Counted from the first letter of the stretch, positions 8,295 to 16,260 are shown. The stretch is DNA of 20,859 bases from Candidatus Thermofontivivens primus (GCA_031458695.1 JAVKJW010000036.1:1-20859), one strand, 5' to 3'. Numbers and translations are program-made. Notes: generated by a model from the letters alone, not told the origin.

Positions 8295-9005
8295 ATGGCC
8301 AAGAAGAAGAGCGGGGACGGCGGTGGAGGCGGTCACGATGGCGCAGGGATGATGCGCTGGCTCTTGACGTACGCCGACATGATCACTTTGCTCATGGCAG
8401 TCTTCATTATGATGTACTCCATGTCTCTCTTGGACATCGCCAAGTTCCAGAAGTTCGCCGCATCTGCAAAAGGGGCGTTTGGGGCATTTGAGGGCGGGGC
8501 CGAGCGCCTCAGCCCTGTAGGGGAACCTTCCCCCACAGGAGGCGAGAAGCCCTTCGGGCTGGAGACTGGCCTTGCTGAAGTGAAGGAGTTTGTCCAAGCC
8601 CAGGGTCTTGGGGAGAGCGTCTCCGTCCGGCTCACCGAAGAGGGGCTGCAGATCATCATGACCGATCCTGTCCTGTTCGACCTGGGGAGGGCGGATTTGC
8701 ACCCCAAGGCCTACCCGATCCTGGACGAGATTGCCTCGATCATCAAGAGGCTTCCAGGCTACCAGGTGCGTGTGGAGGGACATACAGACAATCTGCCCAT
8801 TAACACACCGGAGTTTCCCTCGAACTGGGAGCTTTCCACCCGCCGAGCGGTGAACGTCCTGCGCTACTTTGTGGAGCGTCATCGCATCGAGCCTTGGCGG
8901 ATCTCTGCGGTGGGATATGGGGAGTTCCGTCCGAGGTACCCCAACACCACCCCACGCGGGCGGGCGCTGAACCGCAGGGTAGAGATCGTGGTGCTCCGGA
9001 AATGA
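8295..9005 (+). CDS. motB: flagellar stator B subunit with OmpA-like peptidoglycan-binding domain (236 aa)
   Basis: RWLLTYADMITLL (conserved Asp), VEGHTD, NWELSTRRA, NRRVEI. Start could alternatively be TTG 8286. Confidence 0.96.
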   Translation: MAKKKSGDGGGGGHDGAGMMRWLLTYADMITLLMAVFIMMYSMSLLDIAKFQKFAASAKGAFGAFEGGAERLSPVGEPSPTGGEKPFGLETGLAEVKEFVQAQGLGESVSVRLTEEGLQIIMTDPVLFDLGRADLHPKAYPILDEIASIIKRLPGYQVRVEGHTDNLPINTPEFPSNWELSTRRAVNVLRYFVERHRIEPWRISAVGYGEFRPRYPNTTPRGRALNRRVEIVVLRK

Positions 9006-9054
9006 ACGGGGGAGGCTCCCAATGCACAAGAGGCCTTGGCAAAGGAGGGAGAGC

Positions 9055-9528
9055 GTGGGTTCTAGGGACATGACGGGTGCCAGCAAGATCCTTGTCATCC
9101 TCATCGTCGTCTTCGCACTCTTGGGCGCCGCGGCAACGGGGGGATACCTCGCCCTCTCCAGTGGTGGAAAGAAAGAAAAACCCGAGGAAGTGGAGAGATT
9201 GCCTCTCGGGACATTTGTGGTAAACCTCCGTCCTGGAGGTGGGTTTAACTACCTCAAGGTTACCATCGGGCTGGAGGTACGGGGGCACGCGCCCAAAAAC
9301 GGAGGCGAAGGCAAGAAAGGCGGACTTGCTGGCGTCGTGGAGGAGCATAAACTGGAGCTCTCCGACGTCGTGGTCTCGACCCTTACTGGGAAAACATTCA
9401 CCGAGATGCACACACCGGAAGGGAAACAGCAGCTTCGCAGCGAGCTCATGGCCAGGATGAACCAAAGGCTCAAGATGACAGGGGTGCGCGTCACTCAGGT
9501 ATTCTTTGCAGAGTTCGTGGCGCAGTGA
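9055..9528 (+). CDS. fliL: flagellar basal body-associated protein FliL
   Basis: Single N-terminal TM helix, LGTFVVNL, YLKVTIGL, EGKQQLRSEL, VFFAEFVAQ end. GTG 9055 follows AGGAGG; ATG 9022 and ATG 9070 are alternative starts. Confidence 0.92.
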   Translation: MGSRDMTGASKILVILIVVFALLGAAATGGYLALSSGGKKEKPEEVERLPLGTFVVNLRPGGGFNYLKVTIGLEVRGHAPKNGGEGKKGGLAGVVEEHKLELSDVVVSTLTGKTFTEMHTPEGKQQLRSELMARMNQRLKMTGVRVTQVFFAEFVAQ

Positions 9529-9617
9529 AGAAACCCGGTAATGTTGGCCCTTGCCGGGAGCTTTGCTGGGAGAAGGCTCAGTAAGAGAGGGGCTAGCAGG
9601 ACTCTGAGGTTGTAGAG

Positions 9618-10592
9618 ATGGGCGAGATCCTTTCCCAGGCAGAAATTGACGCATTGCTTTCCGCCCTTCACTCTGGGGAAGTTAGCTTGGAGGGGCTGAA
9701 GCCAAAGCCTGCTTCCAGAGAGGCGAAGCCCTACGACTTTCGACGGCCGGACCGGTTCTCCAAGGACCAGATCCGAACCCTCTCCATGATTTACGGGACA
9801 TTCGCCCGCTTGTTTAGTACATCCCTCTCCGTCTACCTGCGTACGAACGTCCAGGTTCTGGTGCTCTCCGTGGACCAGCTCACCTACGATGAGTTTGTCC
9901 GGAGCATTCCCAACCCTACAGTGATGTTCATCCTTGATCTGGCGCCTCTCGATGGGCAGGCGATCCTTGAGGTGAATACTTCCCTCGCCCTGCAGCTCAT
10001 CGACCGTCTGCTGGGGGGCCCCGGCATAGGGACCGGGAAGGCGCGCCCGCTTACCGACATCGAGCAGGCGCTCATCGAGCGGATCGTCGAGAAAGCCCTC
10101 ATCAGCCTGAAGGAGTCCTGGCAGACCATCATCCCCCTCCAGCCCAGGATTAAGGCGCTGGAGATGAACCCGCAATTTGCCCACATTGTCGCGCCAAGCG
10201 ATATTGTCCTTCTGGTGACCATGGAGGCAAAGGTTTCCGGGCAGTCCAGCCTGATGAACATGTGCCTTCCCTACATCCTCCTCCAGCCGGTCCTCAGCAG
10301 GCTCAGTGCGACGACCCTCTTTGCTACGCGCGAGGGGAAGCGCGATGAGAAGGTTCTCCTGCGAGTCCTTCAGGGAGTCAAGGTACCGGTGCGCGTGAAG
10401 CTGGGGGAGGCCTTGATCACCGTTCGGGAACTCCTCGAGCTCCGCCCCAATGACGTCATCCGGCTGGATCGCGGCGTGGACCAGCTTCTTGAGGTGATCA
10501 TCGGAAGGTCGGTGAAATTCCTTGGGCGGCCCGGACAGGTCAGGCGACGCCTGGGCGTGGAGACGGTGATGCGCGTAGAGGAACCGAGGTGA
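9618..10592 (+). CDS. fliM: flagellar motor switch protein FliM
   Basis: LSQAEIDALL CheY-binding peptide, YDFRRPDRFSKDQIR, LLGGPG, C-terminal SpoA-like domain. Confidence 0.97.
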   Translation: MGEILSQAEIDALLSALHSGEVSLEGLKPKPASREAKPYDFRRPDRFSKDQIRTLSMIYGTFARLFSTSLSVYLRTNVQVLVLSVDQLTYDEFVRSIPNPTVMFILDLAPLDGQAILEVNTSLALQLIDRLLGGPGIGTGKARPLTDIEQALIERIVEKALISLKESWQTIIPLQPRIKALEMNPQFAHIVAPSDIVLLVTMEAKVSGQSSLMNMCLPYILLQPVLSRLSATTLFATREGKRDEKVLLRVLQGVKVPVRVKLGEALITVRELLELRPNDVIRLDRGVDQLLEVIIGRSVKFLGRPGQVRRRLGVETVMRVEEPR

Positions 10593-10598
10593 GGACAC

Positions 10599-11681
10599 AT
10601 GGATGAGCAAGACCTGCAGCGCCAAGTAGCGTTAACGGACCAAGAGGTCGACACCATCGGCGAGGTCAGCAACATCGCTATGGGATCCGCTGCCACTGCC
10701 CTTTCCACCATCGTGGGCCGGAAAGTCGAGATTACAACACCGCAGGTCTCCACAGTGAACCTGGATATCTTGAAGCAGGGGGAGGAAGGGGCGTGCATTG
10801 CCGTCCAGGTTGTGTATACCGAAGGGTTGGAAGGCGTGAACTTGTTGCTTATCAGGCAACGGGACGCTGCGGTACTCGTGAACCTGATGATGGGTGGGGA
10901 TGGGAGTAACCCGCCCCAGGATCTAGGGGAACTTGAGCTTAGCGCAATCTCTGAGGCGATGAACCAGATGATGGGTTCTGCATCCTCTGCCATGGCTACT
11001 TTTTTCGGCACCAAGGTGGGGATCACACCTCCGACCATGATCCCGCGTCTTCTGGATCTGGATCCTCAGGCGCTCCCGCGAGAGTTCTCAGGAGAGCCGC
11101 TGGTCCGTATCGCCTTTCACCTGACTGTGGAAGGGGCCATCGACTCAAAGATCTTCCAAATCATGCCCGTCTCCTTCGCAAGAAGGCTAGCAGCCAAATC
11201 CCACCGCCAAAGCCAGAATCTCGTCAGCACGGCAACCCCCTCCCGTGGGAGAGAGACGGCACCTCTGATCCCCCCAGCTGAGCCATCGAGGGCGTCAGGC
11301 CAGGGGAGAATGGAACCCACTCTGGAAGCGGAAACTCAGGTTCCCGTAGCGCAACCAGCACAGTTCGCACCCCTTGTCCCCAAGGGCGGAAAGAACACGA
11401 TGGGGAACATCGACCTGCTCCTCGACGTGGTCTTGCAGGTCACCGTGGAGCTTGGGAGGACGCACATGCCCATCAAGGAGATCCTTGGGCTAGGCCCGGG
11501 GGCCGTGATCGAGCTCGATAAGCTGGCCGGCGAGCCTGTGGATCTCTACGTGAACGAGAAACTGTTTGCCCGGGGCGAGGTGGTGGTGATCGAGGAGAAT
11601 TTTGGCGTGCGCATCACCGAGATTGTCACGCCTGAAGAGCGCATCCGGAGCTTGAACTCCACGGAGGGAAAGGGAGGATGA
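10599..11681 (+). CDS. fliY: flagellar switch phosphatase FliY (two CheC-like repeats fused to a FliN domain)
   Basis: Two E-x2-N sites (GEVSNIAMG, SEAMNQMMG), Pro-rich linker, C-terminal LLLDVVLQVTVELG...GEVVVIEENFGVRI. Confidence 0.94.
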   Translation: MDEQDLQRQVALTDQEVDTIGEVSNIAMGSAATALSTIVGRKVEITTPQVSTVNLDILKQGEEGACIAVQVVYTEGLEGVNLLLIRQRDAAVLVNLMMGGDGSNPPQDLGELELSAISEAMNQMMGSASSAMATFFGTKVGITPPTMIPRLLDLDPQALPREFSGEPLVRIAFHLTVEGAIDSKIFQIMPVSFARRLAAKSHRQSQNLVSTATPSRGRETAPLIPPAEPSRASGQGRMEPTLEAETQVPVAQPAQFAPLVPKGGKNTMGNIDLLLDVVLQVTVELGRTHMPIKEILGLGPGAVIELDKLAGEPVDLYVNEKLFARGEVVVIEENFGVRITEIVTPEERIRSLNSTEGKGG

Positions 11682-12193
11682 GGCCGGTCGTTGCTCCCGC
11701 GCTACCTCGGTTCCCAGCATGGGCCGTTGTGCTCCTCGTGCTCTTCCTCCTTCTCCCTTCTCCTAAGCTGGGGGCGGCACAACGCGTACCGGTCTACACC
11801 GAGCCCAAAGCGACGACGCCCGACTACGGAGACACCTTAGTCCGCCTCCTCGTGAGCCTCGCCCTTGTCGTGCTCCTGATCCTTTTCCTCACCAAGGGGT
11901 TGAGGCTTCTGGCCGCCCGGGGCCTCGCCCCGCAAAGGGGGGTGAAGATCCTGGAGGTCCAGCGTCTCAGCCCCGCGCACCTTGTCTACCTCGTGGAAGT
12001 GGGGGGAAGGGTATTGCTCCTCGGTGGAGGTCAAGGGGGGCTGGCAGTGCTGGCTGAGCTTGAGCCCGAAGAAGTGGCGATGTTGCGCGAAGAGTTGCCC
12101 AAGGCTTCTCCAACTTCCCCGTTCCCTTTTCCACAAGACCCGTGGGCGGCCACGATGGAACGGCTTCAGGGGATCCGCCGGAGCAAGAGATGA
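11678..12193 (+). CDS. fliO: flagellar biosynthesis protein FliO
   Basis: Hydrophobic N-terminus, TM helix, then VKILEVQRLSP..VYLVEVGGRVLLLG; lies between fliY and fliP with ATGA overlaps on both sides. Confidence 0.88.
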   Translation: MRPVVAPALPRFPAWAVVLLVLFLLLPSPKLGAAQRVPVYTEPKATTPDYGDTLVRLLVSLALVVLLILFLTKGLRLLAARGLAPQRGVKILEVQRLSPAHLVYLVEVGGRVLLLGGGQGGLAVLAELEPEEVAMLREELPKASPTSPFPFPQDPWAATMERLQGIRRSKR

Positions 12194-12951
12194 AAGGGAA
12201 ATTCCTCCTCCCAGCTTGCTTTTCCCTTGTCCTGACCCTTGTTTTCTTGCAAGCGGCCTGGGCGCAGGGCGCGCTGCCGCTGCCACGCATCGGTGTGGAG
12301 ATCCGGCCGGCGGATACCCCTAGGGAGGCATCCACGAGTTTGCAGATCCTCATCCTCCTCACTGTCCTGACCCTAGCCCCAGCCATCTTGATTCTGTTCA
12401 CTTCGTTCACACGGATCGTCATTGTTCTGGCTCTTGTCCGGAACGCCCTGGGGGTTCAGCAAATCCCACCAAACCAGGTGATTGTGGGGCTTGCCCTCTT
12501 CCTCACCCTGTTCACCATGGCGCCGACCCTGGGGAAGGTCAACGAGATCTCCCTCCAACCCTACCTGAAGGGAGAGATCAACCAGGCGCAAGCCCTGGAG
12601 CGAGCTTCCGGTCCACTTCGCCAATTCATGCTGCGGCAGACACGGGAGAAAGATCTTGCTTTGTTCGTCAGCTTGGCGGGGGAGAAACGGCCAAAGACCG
12701 TTGAGGAGATTCCCACCTATGTTGTGCTCCCGGCATTTGTGATCAGCGAGCTGCGCACAGCCTTCATCCTCGGCGCCCTGATCTTCGTTCCCTTCCTCGT
12801 TATCGACCTGATTGTGAGCAGTACCCTGATGTCCATGGGGATGCTCATGCTCCCTCCGGTCATGATCTCCCTGCCATTCAAGCTTCTCCTGTTCGTGATG
12901 GTGGACGGATGGCATCTCGTGGCACGCGCCTTGATCCTAAGTTTCCGGTAG
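12190..12951 (+). CDS. fliP: flagellar export gate protein FliP (253 aa)
   Basis: Signal-like AWA-Q N-terminus, TSFTRIVIVL, PPNQV, PAFVISELRTAF, MGMLMLPPVMISLPFKLLLFVMVDGW. Confidence 0.98.
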   Translation: MKGKFLLPACFSLVLTLVFLQAAWAQGALPLPRIGVEIRPADTPREASTSLQILILLTVLTLAPAILILFTSFTRIVIVLALVRNALGVQQIPPNQVIVGLALFLTLFTMAPTLGKVNEISLQPYLKGEINQAQALERASGPLRQFMLRQTREKDLALFVSLAGEKRPKTVEEIPTYVVLPAFVISELRTAFILGALIFVPFLVIDLIVSSTLMSMGMLMLPPVMISLPFKLLLFVMVDGWHLVARALILSFR

Positions 12952-13087
12952 GAGGGATCAGGTTGGGCGGCTTTGCTTGGGTTTCCCCTTCACTTCCGGT
13001 CGTCGGCCTCCGCCGAAAAGGTTGAGAGGTTGGCCTTCTCCAACGTCCACCCTGGGGGAGACCCTCGCCGCCGCAGTTCCATCGTCT

Positions 13088-13357
13088 ATGACCGAGGCGA
13101 CGTTACTGGACATTGCCCAGCGGGCCTTATGGGTGTCCCTGCAGATCGCCGGGCCCATCCTCGGCCTGGCCCTGGTGGCAGGGGTCTTGGTGAGCATCTT
13201 CCAGGCAGTCACCCAGATCCAGGAGATGACCCTATCCTTTGTCCCTAAGATCCTGGCGGTCTTCGCTGCGGTGGCGATCTTTGGCCCGTGGATGGCCCAG
13301 GTACTCATCCAGTTCACCGCTAGCCTGCTCCTGAGCCTGCCGGGCCTCGTGAGGTGA
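13088..13357 (+). CDS. fliQ: flagellar export gate protein FliQ (89 aa)
   Basis: SIFQAVTQIQEMTLSFVPKI, FGPWM; ATG 13088 gives the canonical length. Confidence 0.96.
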   Translation: MTEATLLDIAQRALWVSLQIAGPILGLALVAGVLVSIFQAVTQIQEMTLSFVPKILAVFAAVAIFGPWMAQVLIQFTASLLLSLPGLVR

Positions 13358-13439
13358 AATCGTGCTAAGTTCCAACGCGGAAGTATCAGGGGTCAGGTAA
13401 GACCTTCCACCTGGGCTCCAGCCATAAGGGGGATGAACC

Positions 13440-14189
13440 GTGGAGACCGGATGGTTCGCAGCATTTGTAATGGCGCTGGCGCGCGCAGGTGGTTTTGTGA
13501 GCAGTGCCCCTGTGTTCAGCGGGAGGGGTCTCCCAGTTCAGGTACGGGCGGCCTTGGCAGCTGGCCTCGCCCTGTTCATGTCGGCGAGGGCAAAGGTGAT
13601 GCTCCCCCCAGGGCCGGAACTCCTCCTATTCCTGGGCAAAGAGGTTGTTGTCGGGCTCCTCATGGGATACACCGTAGCTCTGGCCTTTCAGGCTGTTCAG
13701 ATTGCCGGGGAGGTGATCGATTTCCAGATGGGCTTTGGTGCCATCAACGTTCTCGATCCAATGACGTCGACCTCCATTTCGGTGATGGGGCAGATCCATT
13801 ATACTCTGGCCATCGTGGCATTCCTCCTCCTCGATGGACACCACAAGCTTCTAATCCTTCTGGCACGGAGTTTCGACCTCCTCCCGTTGGGGACAGTATC
13901 CCTCGGTCCTGGGATCGTTGGCCCCGCTGTAGGGTTTTTGGCCCGCACCTTCGCTCTCGGTTTGCAGCTCGCCGCGCCGGTGATCGTAGCCTTGTTTGCT
14001 GTTGACGTCGTCCTGGGGGTCGTGGCTAAGGCCGTTCCCCAGATGAATGTCTTTATCGTCGGGCTGCCGCTGAAGATCGGCATGGGAACGGTCCTCGTGG
14101 CCGTGGTCCTCCCTCACCTCCTTGCTGCCGTTCAGGTAGCATACCAGGCCGCTTTCGCCACGGCAGAAGTTCTCCTGCGGAGGTTGTAG
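13440..14189 (+). CDS. fliR: flagellar export gate protein FliR
   Basis: AGEVIDFQMGFG, DGHH, PQMNVFIVGLPLKI; multi-TM. Confidence 0.96.
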   Translation: METGWFAAFVMALARAGGFVSSAPVFSGRGLPVQVRAALAAGLALFMSARAKVMLPPGPELLLFLGKEVVVGLLMGYTVALAFQAVQIAGEVIDFQMGFGAINVLDPMTSTSISVMGQIHYTLAIVAFLLLDGHHKLLILLARSFDLLPLGTVSLGPGIVGPAVGFLARTFALGLQLAAPVIVALFAVDVVLGVVAKAVPQMNVFIVGLPLKIGMGTVLVAVVLPHLLAAVQVAYQAAFATAEVLLRRL

Positions 14190-15056
14190 ATGCCGAAGAC
14201 AATGGAGCAAATCCTCGCCAAAGTCCAGGACCTTCAGCCGCTTCCGCGGGTGGTCACGAGAGCCCTGGAGGTCATCCGGGACCCACGCTCCTCCGCCGTG
14301 GACGTTGGCCGGGTGATCAGCACCGATCAGGCCCTCACAGCCAGGGTGCTGAAGCTTGCCAATTCCGCGTTCTACCGGCGTGCTCGGCGGATCTCCACTG
14401 TCAGCGAAGCTGTGGTCATTTTGGGGTTTGAAGCGGTCAAGGCACAGGTCACCGCTGCGGCAGCGTACGATCTCCTCCATAAGCCGATCCCGGGCTACCA
14501 GCTTGCCCAGGAGGAACTGTGGAAGCATTCCCTGACCTGTGCCATTGCCAGCCGCCAGCTCGTCCTCGGGGGGTACGGACATGCGCCTCTGCGTGGGTGG
14601 TCACCGGAAGAGGCCTTCGTCGCAGGCCTCCTCCATGATATCGGCAAGACCGTGCTGGGTGAATACGTAGGTGTAGAGTTCCAGCAGATCCTGGAGAAGG
14701 TGCGCAACGAGGGGATCTCCTTCGTGGAGGCGGAGCAGCAGGTGCTGGGGTTCGACCATATGCAGGTAGGGGCCATGGTCGCGGAGAAGTGGCACTTCCC
14801 TGACCACCTGGTGGAAGCCATCCGTTTCCATCACAGGCCCAGACAAGCCTCTCGCTTTCCCCAATGGGCTAGTCTCGTCCACATCGCTGACGCTGTTTCC
14901 TTGATGCTGGGGATCGGCTTGGGTGGCGACCAACTGTACTATTCCCTTGAACCCGAGGCGTTGCAAATCCTTGGGCTCCCCGTGGAAGCCGTCGACCACC
15001 TCCTTGCCTCCATGGTTGACCTGACCATTGATCTCGAAAATCCCCTGGACCTGTAG
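14190..15056 (+). CDS. stand-alone HDOD domain protein (HD superfamily)
   Basis: LQPLPRVV, ISTDQALTARVLKLANSAFY, LWKHS, AGLLHDIGK, EQQVLGFDH, W.FP.HLVEAIRFHH, VHIAD; SD GGAGG at 14179-14183. Confidence 0.94.
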   Translation: MPKTMEQILAKVQDLQPLPRVVTRALEVIRDPRSSAVDVGRVISTDQALTARVLKLANSAFYRRARRISTVSEAVVILGFEAVKAQVTAAAAYDLLHKPIPGYQLAQEELWKHSLTCAIASRQLVLGGYGHAPLRGWSPEEAFVAGLLHDIGKTVLGEYVGVEFQQILEKVRNEGISFVEAEQQVLGFDHMQVGAMVAEKWHFPDHLVEAIRFHHRPRQASRFPQWASLVHIADAVSLMLGIGLGGDQLYYSLEPEALQILGLPVEAVDHLLASMVDLTIDLENPLDL

Positions 15057-15062
15057 GCGCAT

Positions 15063-15185
15063 TTGGTCCATCCGGATCTGTTCCGTTCCTTGTGTCTATT
15101 TGCGCCGTTTCTGCTCTTCAGGCTCGTACGCCTCCTGGCATTCTTCTTGCTCCACTCCATCCCGGTGAACGTTCCTTATGGCTGA
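15063..15185 (+). other. possible small hydrophobic ORF (40 aa) overlapping the flhB start
   Basis: TTG...TGA frame reading (M)VHPDLFRSLCLFAPFLLFRLVRLLAFFLLHSIPVNVPYG; stop overlaps flhB ATGGCTGA. No recognisable homology. Confidence 0.2.
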
Positions 15186-16239
15186 CCAGAACCGGACTGA
15201 ACAGGCAACGCCAAAACGGCGACAGGAGGCGCGCAAGCGAGGGTACATCCCCCGCAGTCCGGAACTCACTGCGAGTCTGAGCCTCCTTGGCGGGCTGTTG
15301 GCGTTGGCTGTGTTTGGGCCTGCAGCCATGCGAAACCTCCTCTCCTACCTCCAGGGGTTCCTCCTCAACCTCCGCGTCGAGAGCCTCTCCGAGCAGGGCG
15401 TAGCCATCCAAGCCATCATGGTGGGAGTCCAGGTGACCGCGCCTCTTGTGGCTGGATCGATGGTCGCAGGGGTTGTGGCGAGCCTCGGGCAGGCTGGGTT
15501 CATTCTCACCTCCAGGCCGATAGAGCCGCGGTTGGAGCGGATCAACCCCATCGCAGGGTTCGGCCGTCTCTTTTCCTTTCGGTCGGTGATGGAGCTCGGG
15601 AAGGCCTTCCTCAAGATCCTCGGAATTGGCTGGGTAGCGCTCTCGAGCCTGCGCGCAGGCCTTCCCCTCCTTCCGGGAATGCTGGTTCTCCCTCCAGGGA
15701 CGTTGGTCAGTGTGGCAGGGGGGGAGATCCTCAGGTTGGCCATCCGCCTAGGCGTTGCCCTCGTAGTGGTCGGCGTCCTGGACTTCCTGTATCAGCGTTA
15801 CGACTGGGAGAGAAATTTGCGCATGACCAAGCAAGAGCTCCGTGAGGAGATCCGGGAGACAGAAGGGGACCCGCTGGTGCGGGCCCAACTTAAGGCCCGT
15901 CAGCGCGCCCTGGCGCGCCAGCGTATGCTCCGTGCAGTTCCAAAGGCAACTGTCGTGGTGACGAACCCGGTCCATATCGCTGTGGCCTTGCGGTACGATC
16001 CGCCGGAGATGGCTGCTCCTGTCGTCGTGGCGAAAGGGGCCAGGCTCATGGCGGAGCGGATCAAGGAAATCGCCCGGAGACATGGGGTTCCTGTGGTGGA
16101 GAACCCTCCTCTCGCCCAGGCCCTATACCGGGCAGTGCCCGTTGGACATCCCATCCCAGCTTCGCTCTACCGCGCGGTTGCTGAGATCCTGGCCATGCTA
16201 TACCGGTTGAGCCGGACCGGGCACCTGGTGAAGCGGTAG
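15178..16239 (+). CDS. flhB: flagellar export switch protein FlhB
   Basis: RTEQATPKR, RINPIAG, MTKQELREEIRETEGDP, VVTNPVHIAVALRY, LYRAVAEIL. Confidence 0.97.
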   Translation: MADQNRTEQATPKRRQEARKRGYIPRSPELTASLSLLGGLLALAVFGPAAMRNLLSYLQGFLLNLRVESLSEQGVAIQAIMVGVQVTAPLVAGSMVAGVVASLGQAGFILTSRPIEPRLERINPIAGFGRLFSFRSVMELGKAFLKILGIGWVALSSLRAGLPLLPGMLVLPPGTLVSVAGGEILRLAIRLGVALVVVGVLDFLYQRYDWERNLRMTKQELREEIRETEGDPLVRAQLKARQRALARQRMLRAVPKATVVVTNPVHIAVALRYDPPEMAAPVVVAKGARLMAERIKEIARRHGVPVVENPPLAQALYRAVPVGHPIPASLYRAVAEILAMLYRLSRTGHLVKR

Positions 16240-16260
16240 AGGTGGGAAGGAGAGATCCGT

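Noticed and set aside
13358..13439. fliQ-fliR spacer as a c-di-GMP riboswitch or terminator
   Set aside because: Only short stems (e.g. GGGTC/GACCT); no GEMM-type motif or U-tract recognised.
13440..15185. Amber recoding or FliR-HDOD fusion: fliR TAG is directly followed in frame by the HDOD ATG, and 9 of 22 complete genes end in TAG
   Set aside because: The TAGs fall at the expected C-termini, none interrupts a conserved domain, and the HDOD gene has its own SD. Occasional readthrough cannot be excluded but has no support.
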